Shown: one piece after another, positions 1 through 9,913 of the stretch | How positions within the stretch are numbered: the first letter of the stretch is position 1 | How the letters are laid out: the number at the start of each line of letters is the position of its first letter | NCBI GenBank assembly: GCA_964353635.1 | Contig: CAYGVS010000003.1 | Coordinates: forward strand, 1-60,973 | DNA: 60,973 nt | DNA from: an uncultured archaeon | GTDB lineage: Archaea > Aenigmatarchaeota > Aenigmatarchaeia > QMZP01 | Direction of reading: 5' to 3' | Program-made: the position numbers and the translations under genes | Notes under the pieces: generated by a model | The model's input: the letters and a program-made list of their open reading frames with translations, nothing else | Told to the model about the DNA's origin: nothing | Databases searched by the model: none

Positions 1-507
1 GAGATATTCGGGGCTGATGTGAAGGTCCCTGAGCTGCCATTCAAGAGGCTCACCTACAGCGATGTGATTGACCTCCTTGCAAAGAACGGGATAAAGAAGG
101 GGTGGGGGGAGGACCTGGATGACCCGGAAGAAAAGCTTCTGGGGGAGATAATGCAGAAGAAAGGCCATGAGTGGTATTTCATAACCAAATATCCCTCCAA
201 AATCAAGCCCTTCTACATAATGATGGAAGGCAAGCTCTCCAGGGGCATGGACCTGGACTGCAAGGGCCTGGAAATCGCTTCCGGAGGTCAGAGAGAGCAC
301 AGATATGAGGAGCTGGTTAAGGTCATGAAACAAAAAGGCCTGGACCCTCACAAGTTCGAGTTCTATCTCACAGCCTTCCAGTACGGCATGCCTCCTCACG
401 GAGGATTCGGCCTGGGCTCGGAGAGGCTGATTCAGCAGGCTCTAGGCCTGGAGAACATAAAAGAGATGATACTTTTCCCCAGGACTCCTGAGAGGCTTGT
501 TCCGTAA
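1..507 (+). CDS. aspS: Aspartyl-tRNA synthetase, C-terminal fragment (5' end outside the window)
   Basis: Frame 1 is open from base 1 to the TAA at 505-507. The class II aaRS C-terminal core GGQREHRYEEL...MPPHGGFGLGSERL...LFPRTPERLVP matches archaeal/eukaryal-type AspRS. Confidence 0.85.
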   Translation, partial: EIFGADVKVPELPFKRLTYSDVIDLLAKNGIKKGWGEDLDDPEEKLLGEIMQKKGHEWYFITKYPSKIKPFYIMMEGKLSRGMDLDCKGLEIASGGQREHRYEELVKVMKQKGLDPHKFEFYLTAFQYGMPPHGGFGLGSERLIQQALGLENIKEMILFPRTPERLVP

Positions 508-517
508 ATGCTGGCAA

Positions 518-2071
518 TCACATCGTGAAGGGCTTTTGCTTCTTCTTCTTTTTCACAAGCAGAAAAATGGCTCCTGCTACCACGGCAGCCACTGTTATTA
601 TTATCAGCCATCCCCAGTCCGCAAGCATGACCCCAACAGAGGGGCTTTCCCCAACGCATGCATAATCCTGGCAGCCTGTCTGGCAGGTCTGCAGGGTTAT
701 CCAGTTGTCTCCCAGGGGAGCGCACAGCTGCAGGTTCATGCCAGCGCATCTCCTCTCGCCGGGATTGCATATCATGACAAAACCAGTTCCGGTTGGGGTT
801 TCAGTTCCTGAGGCAGCTCCTGCCTCATAGCCTTCTGCGTAAAGCTCTGTCTGGAACTGGTCTATCAGGGAGGTGTTGACCTCCTTCCTGACTGAATAGG
901 ATATGCTGACCTCCTGCCCTGGTGAAAGGGTGGCGTAATTGAAGACGTACTCTGGGTCAGCCTCGACTATCTGGTATCCTGAGGCTCCCAAGGCTGTCAC
1001 GGTGATGTTGACCGCATTGCTTGTGAAGGCCTTGGGGATTTTCTCATAGACAATGAAATTGCTCGCTCTGTTCTGCCCTGAATGCCTGTAGGTGTTGGTC
1101 ACGGTCGAGCTCCCATTGAACACCCTTATGCTCCTCGTAGCTGTAATGTTTGAGGTTATTGACTGGGAAAGCCTCAGCATGTTCTGGAAGGCCTCCTGGC
1201 TCATCTTTCCCTTGTTCATGATCTTTTCTAAGGCAGCCTGCAGCTTCAGGTTGTTTCGCAGGCCGACACCAGGGACAAGCACTGGTCTGCTGCTGGCGTT
1301 CTTCTCAGTCGGGGTTGTTGCATATCCTGGACCACCCCCTCCTGGACTGCTTCCGCCAGCTGGCGGATTCCCGCTTGAAGTGACAGTGATAGGTATTGTG
1401 TCTGTCTCAGAATCAGCGTTGGATGGTGATGTTGTTATAGTTATGGATGATGTGCTCACGCCAGAAAAGCTTACTGTCCACGAGATCCCGACGCTCTCGC
1501 CTGAGCCGCCCTCACCGCCTGCTATTGATGATATTGTTTGGATGGCGCTTCCCGAAGTCAGGGAGGCGCCTGAGGGAAGGCTGAAACCGACTGCGACGGT
1601 CTGAGCTGTGGTCTCGCCCCAGTTCTGGACAGTCATCTGGATTGTCTGGGAGCCTGTTGGGTTTGAAAATGAAGAAGGTGTGACTGAAGTGACAATGGAA
1701 GGGGGGAGCTTGATGTCAAAGGCGCTCGAGGTTCCTGAGTCCGAATATGGCACTGCTGAGACCGCGGATATGGTCTGCGCGGAAAGCTTCTCGTTGGCTA
1801 TGACAGAGGTCCAGGAGACGCTTGTGGTCCCATCGCTATATGTCTTTGTGGAGTTCTCTGAGGATGTAAAGACGCTGGAGTTCTGGAGAGTGGTGAGTGT
1901 TACGCTGCCTGAGCCTGTGAGCCCTGAAACAGTGACCGTGAGGGGTAGGGATTTCATCACGCTCCCTGAGTCAGCCCCGAACTGGTCCACTGAGACAGTA
2001 AGGGTTGCTGAAACGCTGGAGATTAGAGTGATTGAGCATAAAACTGCAGCAAACAAAATCATGTTTCTCAT
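518..2071 (-). CDS. Ser/Thr-rich secreted surface protein with C-terminal transmembrane anchor
   Basis: The ATG at 2071-2069 overlaps the stop of the upstream giant gene (TAATG). The track start at 2089 is a GTG alternative. Signal peptide MRNMILFAAVLCSITLISSVSA. Cys-rich module CNPGERRCAG..CQTGCQDYAC. C-terminal helix WGWLIIITVAAVVAGAIFLLV followed by KKKKKQK. Confidence 0.75.
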   Translation of the reverse strand: MRNMILFAAVLCSITLISSVSATLTVSVDQFGADSGSVMKSLPLTVTVSGLTGSGSVTLTTLQNSSVFTSSENSTKTYSDGTTSVSWTSVIANEKLSAQTISAVSAVPYSDSGTSSAFDIKLPPSIVTSVTPSSFSNPTGSQTIQMTVQNWGETTAQTVAVGFSLPSGASLTSGSAIQTISSIAGGEGGSGESVGISWTVSFSGVSTSSITITTSPSNADSETDTIPITVTSSGNPPAGGSSPGGGGPGYATTPTEKNASSRPVLVPGVGLRNNLKLQAALEKIMNKGKMSQEAFQNMLRLSQSITSNITATRSIRVFNGSSTVTNTYRHSGQNRASNFIVYEKIPKAFTSNAVNITVTALGASGYQIVEADPEYVFNYATLSPGQEVSISYSVRKEVNTSLIDQFQTELYAEGYEAGAASGTETPTGTGFVMICNPGERRCAGMNLQLCAPLGDNWITLQTCQTGCQDYACVGESPSVGVMLADWGWLIIITVAAVVAGAIFLLVKKKKKQKPFTM

Positions 2072-5000
2072 TAAACCACCCTGAACCACTTGCTTGTGGT
2101 CTCTGTATTTGCATTGTATCCTGTCTGAAATTCAACCATGTATTCGCCTGACCACTGTCCCAAAGGCGCTATCTTTAATATCGCATATCCGTCCTGGTTT
2201 GTGATGTTTGTCATCTGGGGAAGTATGTAATCGACTCCCTGCTCCAGCTTCTTGAATCCCATGCCAGGGATGTTCCCTTTTATGGATGTGATAGTTATGC
2301 CTGCTCCTTGGATCGGGCTCTGGTCGAAGTTGTATGCTCTTGTAAGGATGGTTATGTTCCTGCCGCTGGCTATCTGCCACTCGTCCTTCATAAGGAGCAT
2401 GTCTGTGCCATTATACTTCTCTATCCTCCATTCCGGCTGCTGCTCCCAGGACAGGCTTTCATTCCTTTCCCCGAACTGCACATTCCCTGACCATATGGAG
2501 CTTGGCAGGCTTCCGCTCTTCTCGCTTATTTCACCGCTCTCATTCGTGTAAAAGTCTTTCCTGTAAATCACATTGGAATTGGTGTTGCTTTCAGACCACC
2601 ATTCCTCTGTTATGTTAAGGTCATCATCAACAACTATCCGATTCAGAGCCTGCTGTCCATCATCAAGGTCATCATATACAACTGCATAAAATGTTGCGTT
2701 TTTAGCCCCATCCATGTTAAGGTCGAGGTTCAGGCCGGCCTCGCTGATGACGCCGTAATAGCTCGTAGTTCCATCCTTCACCCTAACATCTATCGCAGGC
2801 CTTGGCAGGCTTCCCAGACTGCTGAAGTTCCCTATGCTCACCCCCTCCCAAGGGCCTGGGCCTACTTTTGTGAGGTAGAGCTGGCTGGTGAAATTGTCCC
2901 CTGAGAATGCTGGAATGGCTGCCGAGAAGCTTGCAGAGGTGCTGAACCAGGCCATCTTTACGCAGTCCTGAACATTCCACACTGAGCACATGGGATAATC
3001 CACTGAAGCATTGGACAGCAGGATGTTATAGTCGGTCCCGCTTATGTTTATCCCCAATATATACCATACATTGGAGGTTGATGGCCCTCCCCCTCCTCCA
3101 CTGCTCCGCACGCTTACAGGATTCAAATAAATGCTATTTGGGAAATCCGTGTCCTTTATCCCTATCACGACATCGCCTGCGGTCGTATTCGCGTCCAGGA
3201 CCTTCATCATGTACATCCTGCCGTTCTTCGTCACGTTTATGGTGGGCGTTGTGGCTGAATTGTATCCGATCGCGCCGGTAGTGAAGTTGCAGTCTCCTGA
3301 CTTTATCCACACCCAGCTGTCATTGGCGGCTGTTATGTAGTAGAAATATTGGGGGTTCGTGAGCTTGCTGCTCCTGTAGGTGGCATTGTTATTGTTGTTC
3401 CCGGCTGCTGGAGGCTTCATGAAATTGCATGAAGCAAGGTTCTGCACCTGCTCTCCGGGGCTTGCGAAATCAAACACAGCCTTGAAGAACTTGCCTGCCT
3501 GCGTCCAGTTGAGGGTGTAAATATCCTGGACCTCCCCAAAAATCTCGCCATCATACCTTGATATGGGAAGTTGCTTGAATCCGGAAGAATAGCCAGCCTG
3601 GCCTGTATAGCCGTCCACAAGGAAGACCCTTGGGGAGGCGCGTGGCCACTTCCACTCCTCAAGTATCTCTTCTGTGTTGCCCTGTTTCACTTTTATCTCA
3701 AACACATATTCTCCTGCTCCAAACCCGTACTGGCTTATGTTGGATATAATCAGCTCTCCCGCGCCGTTTATGGTTGTGTTGGGAACTGGGTTCAGGGTAT
3801 AAATATTGTTTGTCGTGGCTTTCCTTACCCTTACGCTCTGGATAGAAACGTTTGCCTGCGCATTGTTGCCCGCAGGCGTCTTAACAAAAATAGGTATGGA
3901 AACATTCCCTGTTATCCTGAAGTCTCCCAAATCCGCCCAGTCGCCTATCTTGTTGGAATAGAATCTCACCGTGTCCGCCCTGGGATCTATGCTTAGCAGG
4001 GTCACTGTGTCATTAAGGCCAAACACCCTGTTGCTGGGATTGGTGTCGCTCACTGACAATGTGGTTGAAAAATTATATTCCCCTGTCTGGTTGAAAAAGA
4101 AGAATGTGTCATATATCCCAGCTGTCTGGCTGTCAGATATGGCTATGTATGTAAAGCTGTTTGTGCTGCCATCTCCATCAAGATCCAAGCCCCTGTTCTG
4201 GCCTGAACTCTTGTCCCATCCTCCAAGGTACTGCTCCTCAATCCTGCCTATCTTTATCACCCCGCTCTTGGAATTTGAGATATTTATGTAGGCGCCTGTC
4301 TGGGCCAGCACATTCACGCCTGTGAGCTTTACCCTAGTCTTGCTTATCGAGTTCACCTTCCACTGGCCCCCATAGGAATCGCTGAATGTGCCTGTTATGC
4401 TGAACGGGCCTCCAAGCTGGGTCATGTTCGAGGCGTTGATTGATATCCAGAGATAGCTTGTGTTGTGGTAGAAGTAAAGGGACCTGTTCTGGCTCCTGGA
4501 AAGCACCCTGTCAAAGTCCCCTGAACCCACAAGGTTTTCAGTGAACCCGTGGTAGAAGGTGGTGGAGCTTACAGGAGGGACCATGACATAGCCGCTTTGC
4601 TGGCATCCCTGGTTCCCACAGTTCGTCCACATCTCCCCGCATATGCCATTTGTGATATTGACCCTGAATTGGCCGTTGTTGTCGATTGAGACTATAGTCC
4701 AGCTCTTTCCTGCGGCAGAGAAGCTGGCTCCGGCACTATAATTTGTTGCACCTATCCTCAGCATGCTTCCATTGCCCAGAACAGTTATATTTGTTCCTGA
4801 CATTCCGCCTCCGCAGGTCTGGAAGTTCCATTCGCCTGAAGCCTGTATGCAGAAGGCCTGGCTGTTGTTCCACAAACCTGCCACAAACATACCGTTGAAG
4901 CCCCTCTGGTTATCACATCTGTCCCTGTCATTGTTCACCTCTATGTCCTTGGATGGCGTGTCTGAATACCACACCCCTGCTTGCTCTATGCTGGGTATCC

Positions 5001-8000
5001 CGAACATCATGTTCTGGACCATGAACTCCAAGTATTCCTGCTTCTCATATCCCTGGCTGTCATTTATCACGTATTCCGCTGAATACCAGCCTGACTGGAG
5101 GGAGGAAAGGTTAGCTGATATGCTGCAATAGTTTGTTGAGCATATCGTGCCTGCGCTCAGCTTCACAGGGGTCTTTGTCTTCTGGTCATACACGCCCTTC
5201 AGCTTGGTTCCCTGCAGGCTGAGCCCGTGCGGGCTGTAATCAAAATTCAATGCAGTGAAGTTCACTGTGAGGTTCTCTGATGAGGAGAACATAGGCTTCC
5301 AGTCATTCATCCCCCTGTAATACGCGTTTATTCTGTATGAGGAAAGTCTGAAGAAGAAGCTGCCTATGTCAGAGCCTTTGGATGTGGACACCCGCACATT
5401 TGCCTGGAAATCCCCTTCCTTATTAAGGCCTGATATGTTCACCACCTTCATGCTGACAGGTCCTGGGTTGTTCTCTATATATACAGGCACTGTGCTGATG
5501 GATATGGAAAAAGTGCTGTTGGGGATTTCTGGGGGTGGCCATCTTGTCAGCCACTTAAGGCTTTCGAACGTGGCTGAAGAGATTGTAAGCATGTCCCCTG
5601 TAGAAGGGTCCTTTGCAACCGCGGCAAAAGCCACGGAGCCGTCCTTCTCGAATACGCCTCCTTTATCCCATGAGGCGAAAAGGGCTGTTCCGTTGCTGTC
5701 TATCTTCATCGTATCCACATAAAGGTTCCTTATCTCAAACCCTCCCCAGCCGAAGTAGGACCTGCTCTCATCCGCAGGGTCTGTCACTATAAGGTCCAGC
5801 CCGTACCATCCGCTCTGCATTTTGGAGCTCTTGGGCACTATTGTTATCTCTGCTGTGGCGTTCGAAACCACGCCTTTCACAACCTCATAGTCAGCGTCCT
5901 TGACCATCTCCTTCATGAGCTGGTCATTCCTGAGTGAGCTCACATCAACAACCAGGCTGTCGCAGTTGGTGCAGGTGAGCGAGCTTGTGCCCTTGCCCAT
6001 CTGGGTCATCATGCTTCCCTGGTCTATGTCAATCGCGTTCACAGTAAGGGTTATGTTCTTGCCCATGCCCGATATGCAGGGGCCTCCGCTTTCCTGGCTG
6101 CATTTTGGGGTCGCCCATATCATGTACTTCTTGAGCTGGAAGAATGCATTCCCTATTCCCGTTTCTTCTGTTCCGTTAACCAGGGCCCTGAACTTAAACT
6201 TGAGCGAGAAGAAACCCTCTGCATCAGGGGCGTTGAAAACAAGGTTGCCGCTCTGCACGCTCTCATTTGCAGAGGCCCTGAAACTGGGGGTGAAGATGTC
6301 CTGGAAATCCGGAAACTCCTTGTGCATCTCTATTATCTTTGCGCCAGTTATGTTCTCTGCAGGCAGGTCCTGCCTTGTGGAGAGATCCTTTATCTTGAGC
6401 TTTATTTTCATTGTTGTATTAGGCGCAAAGAACCAGTAGTCATCCCCCTTCGAATCCACGGAAGCCCCTTCTGCATAAAGCCTCTGTATCCCAAAGGTCG
6501 CCCCGGCCTTCTTCAAATCATTATTATAATTTACCTGTGCCACTGCCTGGTATGTGCCTGTCCTGTTTGGAGCTGCAAAGATTATCACACACTGCCTCAT
6601 GACCACTTGAGGGGGCTGCTCCTGAAGGCTTACGCCTGCCATGGCTATCGCCCTTGAAAGATTCATTATAAGCGCTCCTGGCACGGCCACGGAAGCCCCC
6701 CTGTCATCCCTGAGCTCTGCCAGGGAAACAAGCGCCCCGCACTCATCCGTCCCTGTGCTGACATTATCTATGTCTATCAGGCCCATGCCCTCGGGCCCAT
6801 TGGATTGGGCACCGCCAGCGGATATGTTAGAGAGGAAAACAATCAGGGTGACATTGTCCTGAGGGGCAAAGGCATTCACATCCCCGGCTCCGCTTTCTGC
6901 CTGGTCTATGAAGTTCATGTTCATTGGCGTGATCTGGACAGAGACTGACTCCACTGAGAAACCTGTTATGAACTCCTGGTCGCTGCTCCCATAGCTTCCG
7001 GTCACCTTTACCCCGTAGCTGCCTGAAAGCGAGCCTATGCTGAAATCATAATAGTATAATCCCGTTTCGCTTTGCGTGAGGCTTGAGCTTACAGTGTTAC
7101 CGTTCGGGTATGTTATCCTGACGGTGCCTGAAGTGAGGTTCACGGCATTGCCGTCCGCATCCCTTGAGTACGCATATACCCTTGCCACTGAGTTGGGTGT
7201 GATAGAGCTTGCAGGGTTGTCGCTCATATCCGTGACCTTGCCTGAAAGCTTGAATGACTCCACTGTGAAGAATCCCGTTCCCTTGCTGTTGTTCAGGTCT
7301 ATTATATAAGTTCCTGCTCCTGAGGGAGCTGTGAAATTCGCTGTGAAGAATCCCATCTCATTCGTGGTGTTGGTTATGGTGGATATCACGCCTTTCGATG
7401 AGTTGAGCAGCCTCACCTGCACGGTCTCCCCTGGAACGAAGTTCTTGTTGGGGTCCTTTGCCATGACTATGAAATTGACTGCGGAACCCGGAGAATATAC
7501 AGAAGAGCCTTTCGGTTTTCCTAGCACTACCCTGTTCCCTGTATTGAACTCTATCTCGCCTACCATGTAATCCCCGAGCTTCTGGCCTTTCTGGAGCATC
7601 TTTTCGGTGCTTGAGTTCTGCCCCGAGTCCTCGGTGTCATTGTAAAGCTCGAATCTTATATCATCATCCACGTAGAGCGTATCGTAAGTGAGATTGTAGT
7701 TCTGGTCCACCAGAACAAAGTGATAGAGCCTGTCAAGGGTTATGTTGCCGTAATGCAGAGTGCCTGAAATGGAAAGGTCCCTGAGCTCTGTGAAATTCCC
7801 TCCCATTGCATTATTTGTTGATATCTCTGAGCTCGTGTCAACAGACCTTATATCCTGGGTATTGATCAGATGCGCCTCAAGATAGGTTATCTGAGAGACC
7901 ACCTCGAACCTGAGGGATATAGTAGCTGACCCGTCGCTCACATTAATTGTGTATGTTCCTGAAGAGAGTCCTGAAAGTGTGTGAGATAGTGAAAACAGAT

Positions 8001-8226
8001 TGGAGCCGGTTGTATTTGCGCTCATCTCGTAAAAAGCCACAGGTGTGGAGTTCGAAACCACAGCAGTCATGTTCACAGCGGCCATCGAGTTCGTTATATT
8101 GCCAGTAACTGTAAGGTTGTCCGATGCTAAGTAGACCATCTTGTTCGTGGTGGCATAGAAGGATGCCTGCACGTTTGCAAGCATCAAGAAGAAAGCCAAC
8201 GCCGAAAGGAGAGGTATGCTTTTCAT
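2071..8226 (-). CDS. Giant (2051 aa) secreted, sequon-rich beta-sandwich-repeat surface protein
   Basis: Uninterrupted 6.1-kb ORF. Sec-type signal peptide MKSIPLLSALAFFLMLANVQA. Many N-x-S/T sequons. Recurrent Ig/MG-like strand patterns (e.g. GETVQVRLLNS...GFFTANFTAPSGAGTYIIDL). No C-terminal anchor. Confidence 0.85.
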   Translation of the reverse strand: MKSIPLLSALAFFLMLANVQASFYATTNKMVYLASDNLTVTGNITNSMAAVNMTAVVSNSTPVAFYEMSANTTGSNLFSLSHTLSGLSSGTYTINVSDGSATISLRFEVVSQITYLEAHLINTQDIRSVDTSSEISTNNAMGGNFTELRDLSISGTLHYGNITLDRLYHFVLVDQNYNLTYDTLYVDDDIRFELYNDTEDSGQNSSTEKMLQKGQKLGDYMVGEIEFNTGNRVVLGKPKGSSVYSPGSAVNFIVMAKDPNKNFVPGETVQVRLLNSSKGVISTITNTTNEMGFFTANFTAPSGAGTYIIDLNNSKGTGFFTVESFKLSGKVTDMSDNPASSITPNSVARVYAYSRDADGNAVNLTSGTVRITYPNGNTVSSSLTQSETGLYYYDFSIGSLSGSYGVKVTGSYGSSDQEFITGFSVESVSVQITPMNMNFIDQAESGAGDVNAFAPQDNVTLIVFLSNISAGGAQSNGPEGMGLIDIDNVSTGTDECGALVSLAELRDDRGASVAVPGALIMNLSRAIAMAGVSLQEQPPQVVMRQCVIIFAAPNRTGTYQAVAQVNYNNDLKKAGATFGIQRLYAEGASVDSKGDDYWFFAPNTTMKIKLKIKDLSTRQDLPAENITGAKIIEMHKEFPDFQDIFTPSFRASANESVQSGNLVFNAPDAEGFFSLKFKFRALVNGTEETGIGNAFFQLKKYMIWATPKCSQESGGPCISGMGKNITLTVNAIDIDQGSMMTQMGKGTSSLTCTNCDSLVVDVSSLRNDQLMKEMVKDADYEVVKGVVSNATAEITIVPKSSKMQSGWYGLDLIVTDPADESRSYFGWGGFEIRNLYVDTMKIDSNGTALFASWDKGGVFEKDGSVAFAAVAKDPSTGDMLTISSATFESLKWLTRWPPPEIPNSTFSISISTVPVYIENNPGPVSMKVVNISGLNKEGDFQANVRVSTSKGSDIGSFFFRLSSYRINAYYRGMNDWKPMFSSSENLTVNFTALNFDYSPHGLSLQGTKLKGVYDQKTKTPVKLSAGTICSTNYCSISANLSSLQSGWYSAEYVINDSQGYEKQEYLEFMVQNMMFGIPSIEQAGVWYSDTPSKDIEVNNDRDRCDNQRGFNGMFVAGLWNNSQAFCIQASGEWNFQTCGGGMSGTNITVLGNGSMLRIGATNYSAGASFSAAGKSWTIVSIDNNGQFRVNITNGICGEMWTNCGNQGCQQSGYVMVPPVSSTTFYHGFTENLVGSGDFDRVLSRSQNRSLYFYHNTSYLWISINASNMTQLGGPFSITGTFSDSYGGQWKVNSISKTRVKLTGVNVLAQTGAYINISNSKSGVIKIGRIEEQYLGGWDKSSGQNRGLDLDGDGSTNSFTYIAISDSQTAGIYDTFFFFNQTGEYNFSTTLSVSDTNPSNRVFGLNDTVTLLSIDPRADTVRFYSNKIGDWADLGDFRITGNVSIPIFVKTPAGNNAQANVSIQSVRVRKATTNNIYTLNPVPNTTINGAGELIISNISQYGFGAGEYVFEIKVKQGNTEEILEEWKWPRASPRVFLVDGYTGQAGYSSGFKQLPISRYDGEIFGEVQDIYTLNWTQAGKFFKAVFDFASPGEQVQNLASCNFMKPPAAGNNNNNATYRSSKLTNPQYFYYITAANDSWVWIKSGDCNFTTGAIGYNSATTPTINVTKNGRMYMMKVLDANTTAGDVVIGIKDTDFPNSIYLNPVSVRSSGGGGGPSTSNVWYILGINISGTDYNILLSNASVDYPMCSVWNVQDCVKMAWFSTSASFSAAIPAFSGDNFTSQLYLTKVGPGPWEGVSIGNFSSLGSLPRPAIDVRVKDGTTSYYGVISEAGLNLDLNMDGAKNATFYAVVYDDLDDGQQALNRIVVDDDLNITEEWWSESNTNSNVIYRKDFYTNESGEISEKSGSLPSSIWSGNVQFGERNESLSWEQQPEWRIEKYNGTDMLLMKDEWQIASGRNITILTRAYNFDQSPIQGAGITITSIKGNIPGMGFKKLEQGVDYILPQMTNITNQDGYAILKIAPLGQWSGEYMVEFQTGYNANTETTSKWFRVV

Positions 8227-8251
8227 TGCTTAATTATTATTGTTGAACAAG

Positions 8252-8313
8252 TATATAAAAAATGTTTCTCTGGCAAGCAATCCCTGCACAGCCCATCAGA
8301 TTTTATTATTTTA
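8252..8313. promoter_or_regulatory. Divergent promoter region with two TATA-like boxes
   Basis: tatataaaaaa (8252-8262) lies ~26-36 nt from the ATG of the minus-strand giant gene. ttttattatttta (8301-8313) lies ~25-35 nt upstream of the ATG at 8336. This spacing would fit leaderless or short-leader archaeal transcripts. Confidence 0.35.
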
Positions 8314-8335
8314 GCATGGAATCCAAGATTATTCC

Positions 8336-8728
8336 ATGAAAGGGCAGATGTTCTTGATCACCATGATATTCATGACGGGCCTTGTCTTCATGGTCCAGCA
8401 GCTTCTTATCCAGTATTCTGCCCTGGACCTTTCAGCCCCTTTCAGGGAGAACGAGATATACCTTCTCCGAAACACAAGGGACATCATTAACACCACAATC
8501 AAGAGCACGCCTGACTGCGAGGTGTTCTCTGACAAGATGGAATCCCTGGCGAACTTCCTCAATTCAAGGGACCCCAAAGGGGGATATATAATCTCTGTAG
8601 ACTACAGGCTGAACTGCGCATACTGGGGCAATACTCCTCCTGCCCAGGCCCCCTTGAATGTCTCAGTCAAGATTGTAACAACAATGAAATCCGAGTCGAG
8701 TGAGAACTACTTCATGTACAGTGCCTAA
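8336..8728 (+). CDS. Pilin-like protein with class III (prepilin-type) signal peptide
   Basis: The N-terminus MKGQ/MFLITMIFMTGLVFMVQQ has a short basic leader, KGQ, then ~20 hydrophobic residues. It is the first gene of a 7-gene same-strand set. Confidence 0.6.
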   Translation: MKGQMFLITMIFMTGLVFMVQQLLIQYSALDLSAPFRENEIYLLRNTRDIINTTIKSTPDCEVFSDKMESLANFLNSRDPKGGYIISVDYRLNCAYWGNTPPAQAPLNVSVKIVTTMKSESSENYFMYSA

Positions 8729-8785
8729 TTTATAAGCGTGCACGGACAATATTTACATATGCCTGCTAAAGAGGGAAGGCGACAC

Positions 8786-9394
8786 ATGTCGCCTTCAGGC
8801 CAAAAAAAAGGTGCCATTGAGCTTAGTCTTAGTTTCATAGTCACTGTTGTTTTTGCAGTTGTTTTGCTGAGCTTGGCCATTATGTGGCTCCAAGGATTCT
8901 TCGGGCAGCTGCCAGGAATAAGCAACAATCTTGTTCAGCAAGCTCAGGCAAAGATTCAGGATACGTTCGCCAATACGCAGAGTAATTTTGCAATCTGGCC
9001 CACACAGTATCCCATTAAGGCAGGGGACAATATCAGAATGTGCGCTGGAATAAAGAACGATGCTGACGATGGAATGGGTCATGATTTTGCTATAAAGGTT
9101 GAATTAGTATCCGCAAGTCTTAGCATATGCTCGACAGGTGATGTGACCACATGCGGGAACCTCAAGACGACTGTTGAGAATAACTGGTTAAGTTATAATA
9201 AGAAAAAATCTCCCATTTCAATAGGTGGCATCGATGCATGTAGGCCCATTGATTTAACTGTTCCTGCCAACGCGAAGAAAGGTAACTACATATTTGACAT
9301 ACTCGCATGCAAGGATGTTGCATCGTCAGATGAATGCACTGCTGAAAACATGTGGGGTGGAAGTGCACAACATCTGACCTTAACAGTGAACTAA
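8786..9394 (+). CDS. Pilin-like protein with class III signal peptide
   Basis: The ATG at 8786 is preceded by gagggaagg (8771-8779). N-terminus MSPSGQKKG/AIELSLSFIVTVVFAVVLLSLAI. The track ORF starts earlier, at 8738. Confidence 0.65.
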   Translation: MSPSGQKKGAIELSLSFIVTVVFAVVLLSLAIMWLQGFFGQLPGISNNLVQQAQAKIQDTFANTQSNFAIWPTQYPIKAGDNIRMCAGIKNDADDGMGHDFAIKVELVSASLSICSTGDVTTCGNLKTTVENNWLSYNKKKSPISIGGIDACRPIDLTVPANAKKGNYIFDILACKDVASSDECTAENMWGGSAQHLTLTVN

Positions 9395-9435
9395 ATTCTG
9401 AGAATAATATATTCCAGCTAACCATATAGTACTAC

Positions 9436-9906
9436 ATGGACGTTTCCATGATTTTCGGCATAATCTTCACCCTCATTCTTATCGGTTTTATTCTGGTTTT
9501 TGGGGGAGAGCAAATCGCCAATTTATTAGGATTAGGAACACAGACCCAAGTCCTCAAGACCATAGACAATCTTCAGGAGAAAGTGGATGAGATATACAGG
9601 CTTGCTGAGAATTCTGCTGAGGAATTCAAGCTTTCCTTCCCAAAGGAATACAAATTATGCTTCTTCAATACTTCGGACCCGAAGCAGCACCTGTCAGCAG
9701 GATGGAATCCAGACATCACAATGCTTTATCTGATAAACCAGAGCAGATATAACATATGGTTTTACCAAGGGAACAATAACGCTGCGGGCCAGGGAAAGAG
9801 GATTCCATACCTTGATATTCTCACAGATAAAAATTTCTGCGTCCCAGGGGGCTCCAAGGTCTATGTGACAAAGAGGTGGAGTGGAGTCAGCATAGAGAAG
9901 ATTTGA
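9436..9906 (+). CDS. Small N-terminally anchored pilin-like protein (atypical leader)
   Basis: N-terminus MDVSMIFGIIFTLILIGFILVFGGEQ. It shares the MIFGII helix start with the next ORF and sits in the same operon. Confidence 0.5.
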   Translation: MDVSMIFGIIFTLILIGFILVFGGEQIANLLGLGTQTQVLKTIDNLQEKVDEIYRLAENSAEEFKLSFPKEYKLCFFNTSDPKQHLSAGWNPDITMLYLINQSRYNIWFYQGNNNAAGQGKRIPYLDILTDKNFCVPGGSKVYVTKRWSGVSIEKI

Positions 9907-9913
9907 GGTTCGC

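Noticed and set aside
1092-2084. Plus-strand ORFs 1092-1604 and 1608-2084, plus the many 60-180-aa ORFs on the plus strand through 2.2-7.6 kb
   Set aside because: They are antisense shadows of the two long minus-strand surface-protein genes. The sequences are low-complexity, Pro/Leu/Ser-rich mirror images.
8802-8809. An A8 homopolymer in the signal-peptide coding part of the second pilin-like gene as a slipped-strand phase-variation switch
   Set aside because: It is a single modest tract that simply encodes Lys-Lys. Similar A/T runs occur in other Lys-rich tails (for example 32541-32548). There is no population data to show length variation.
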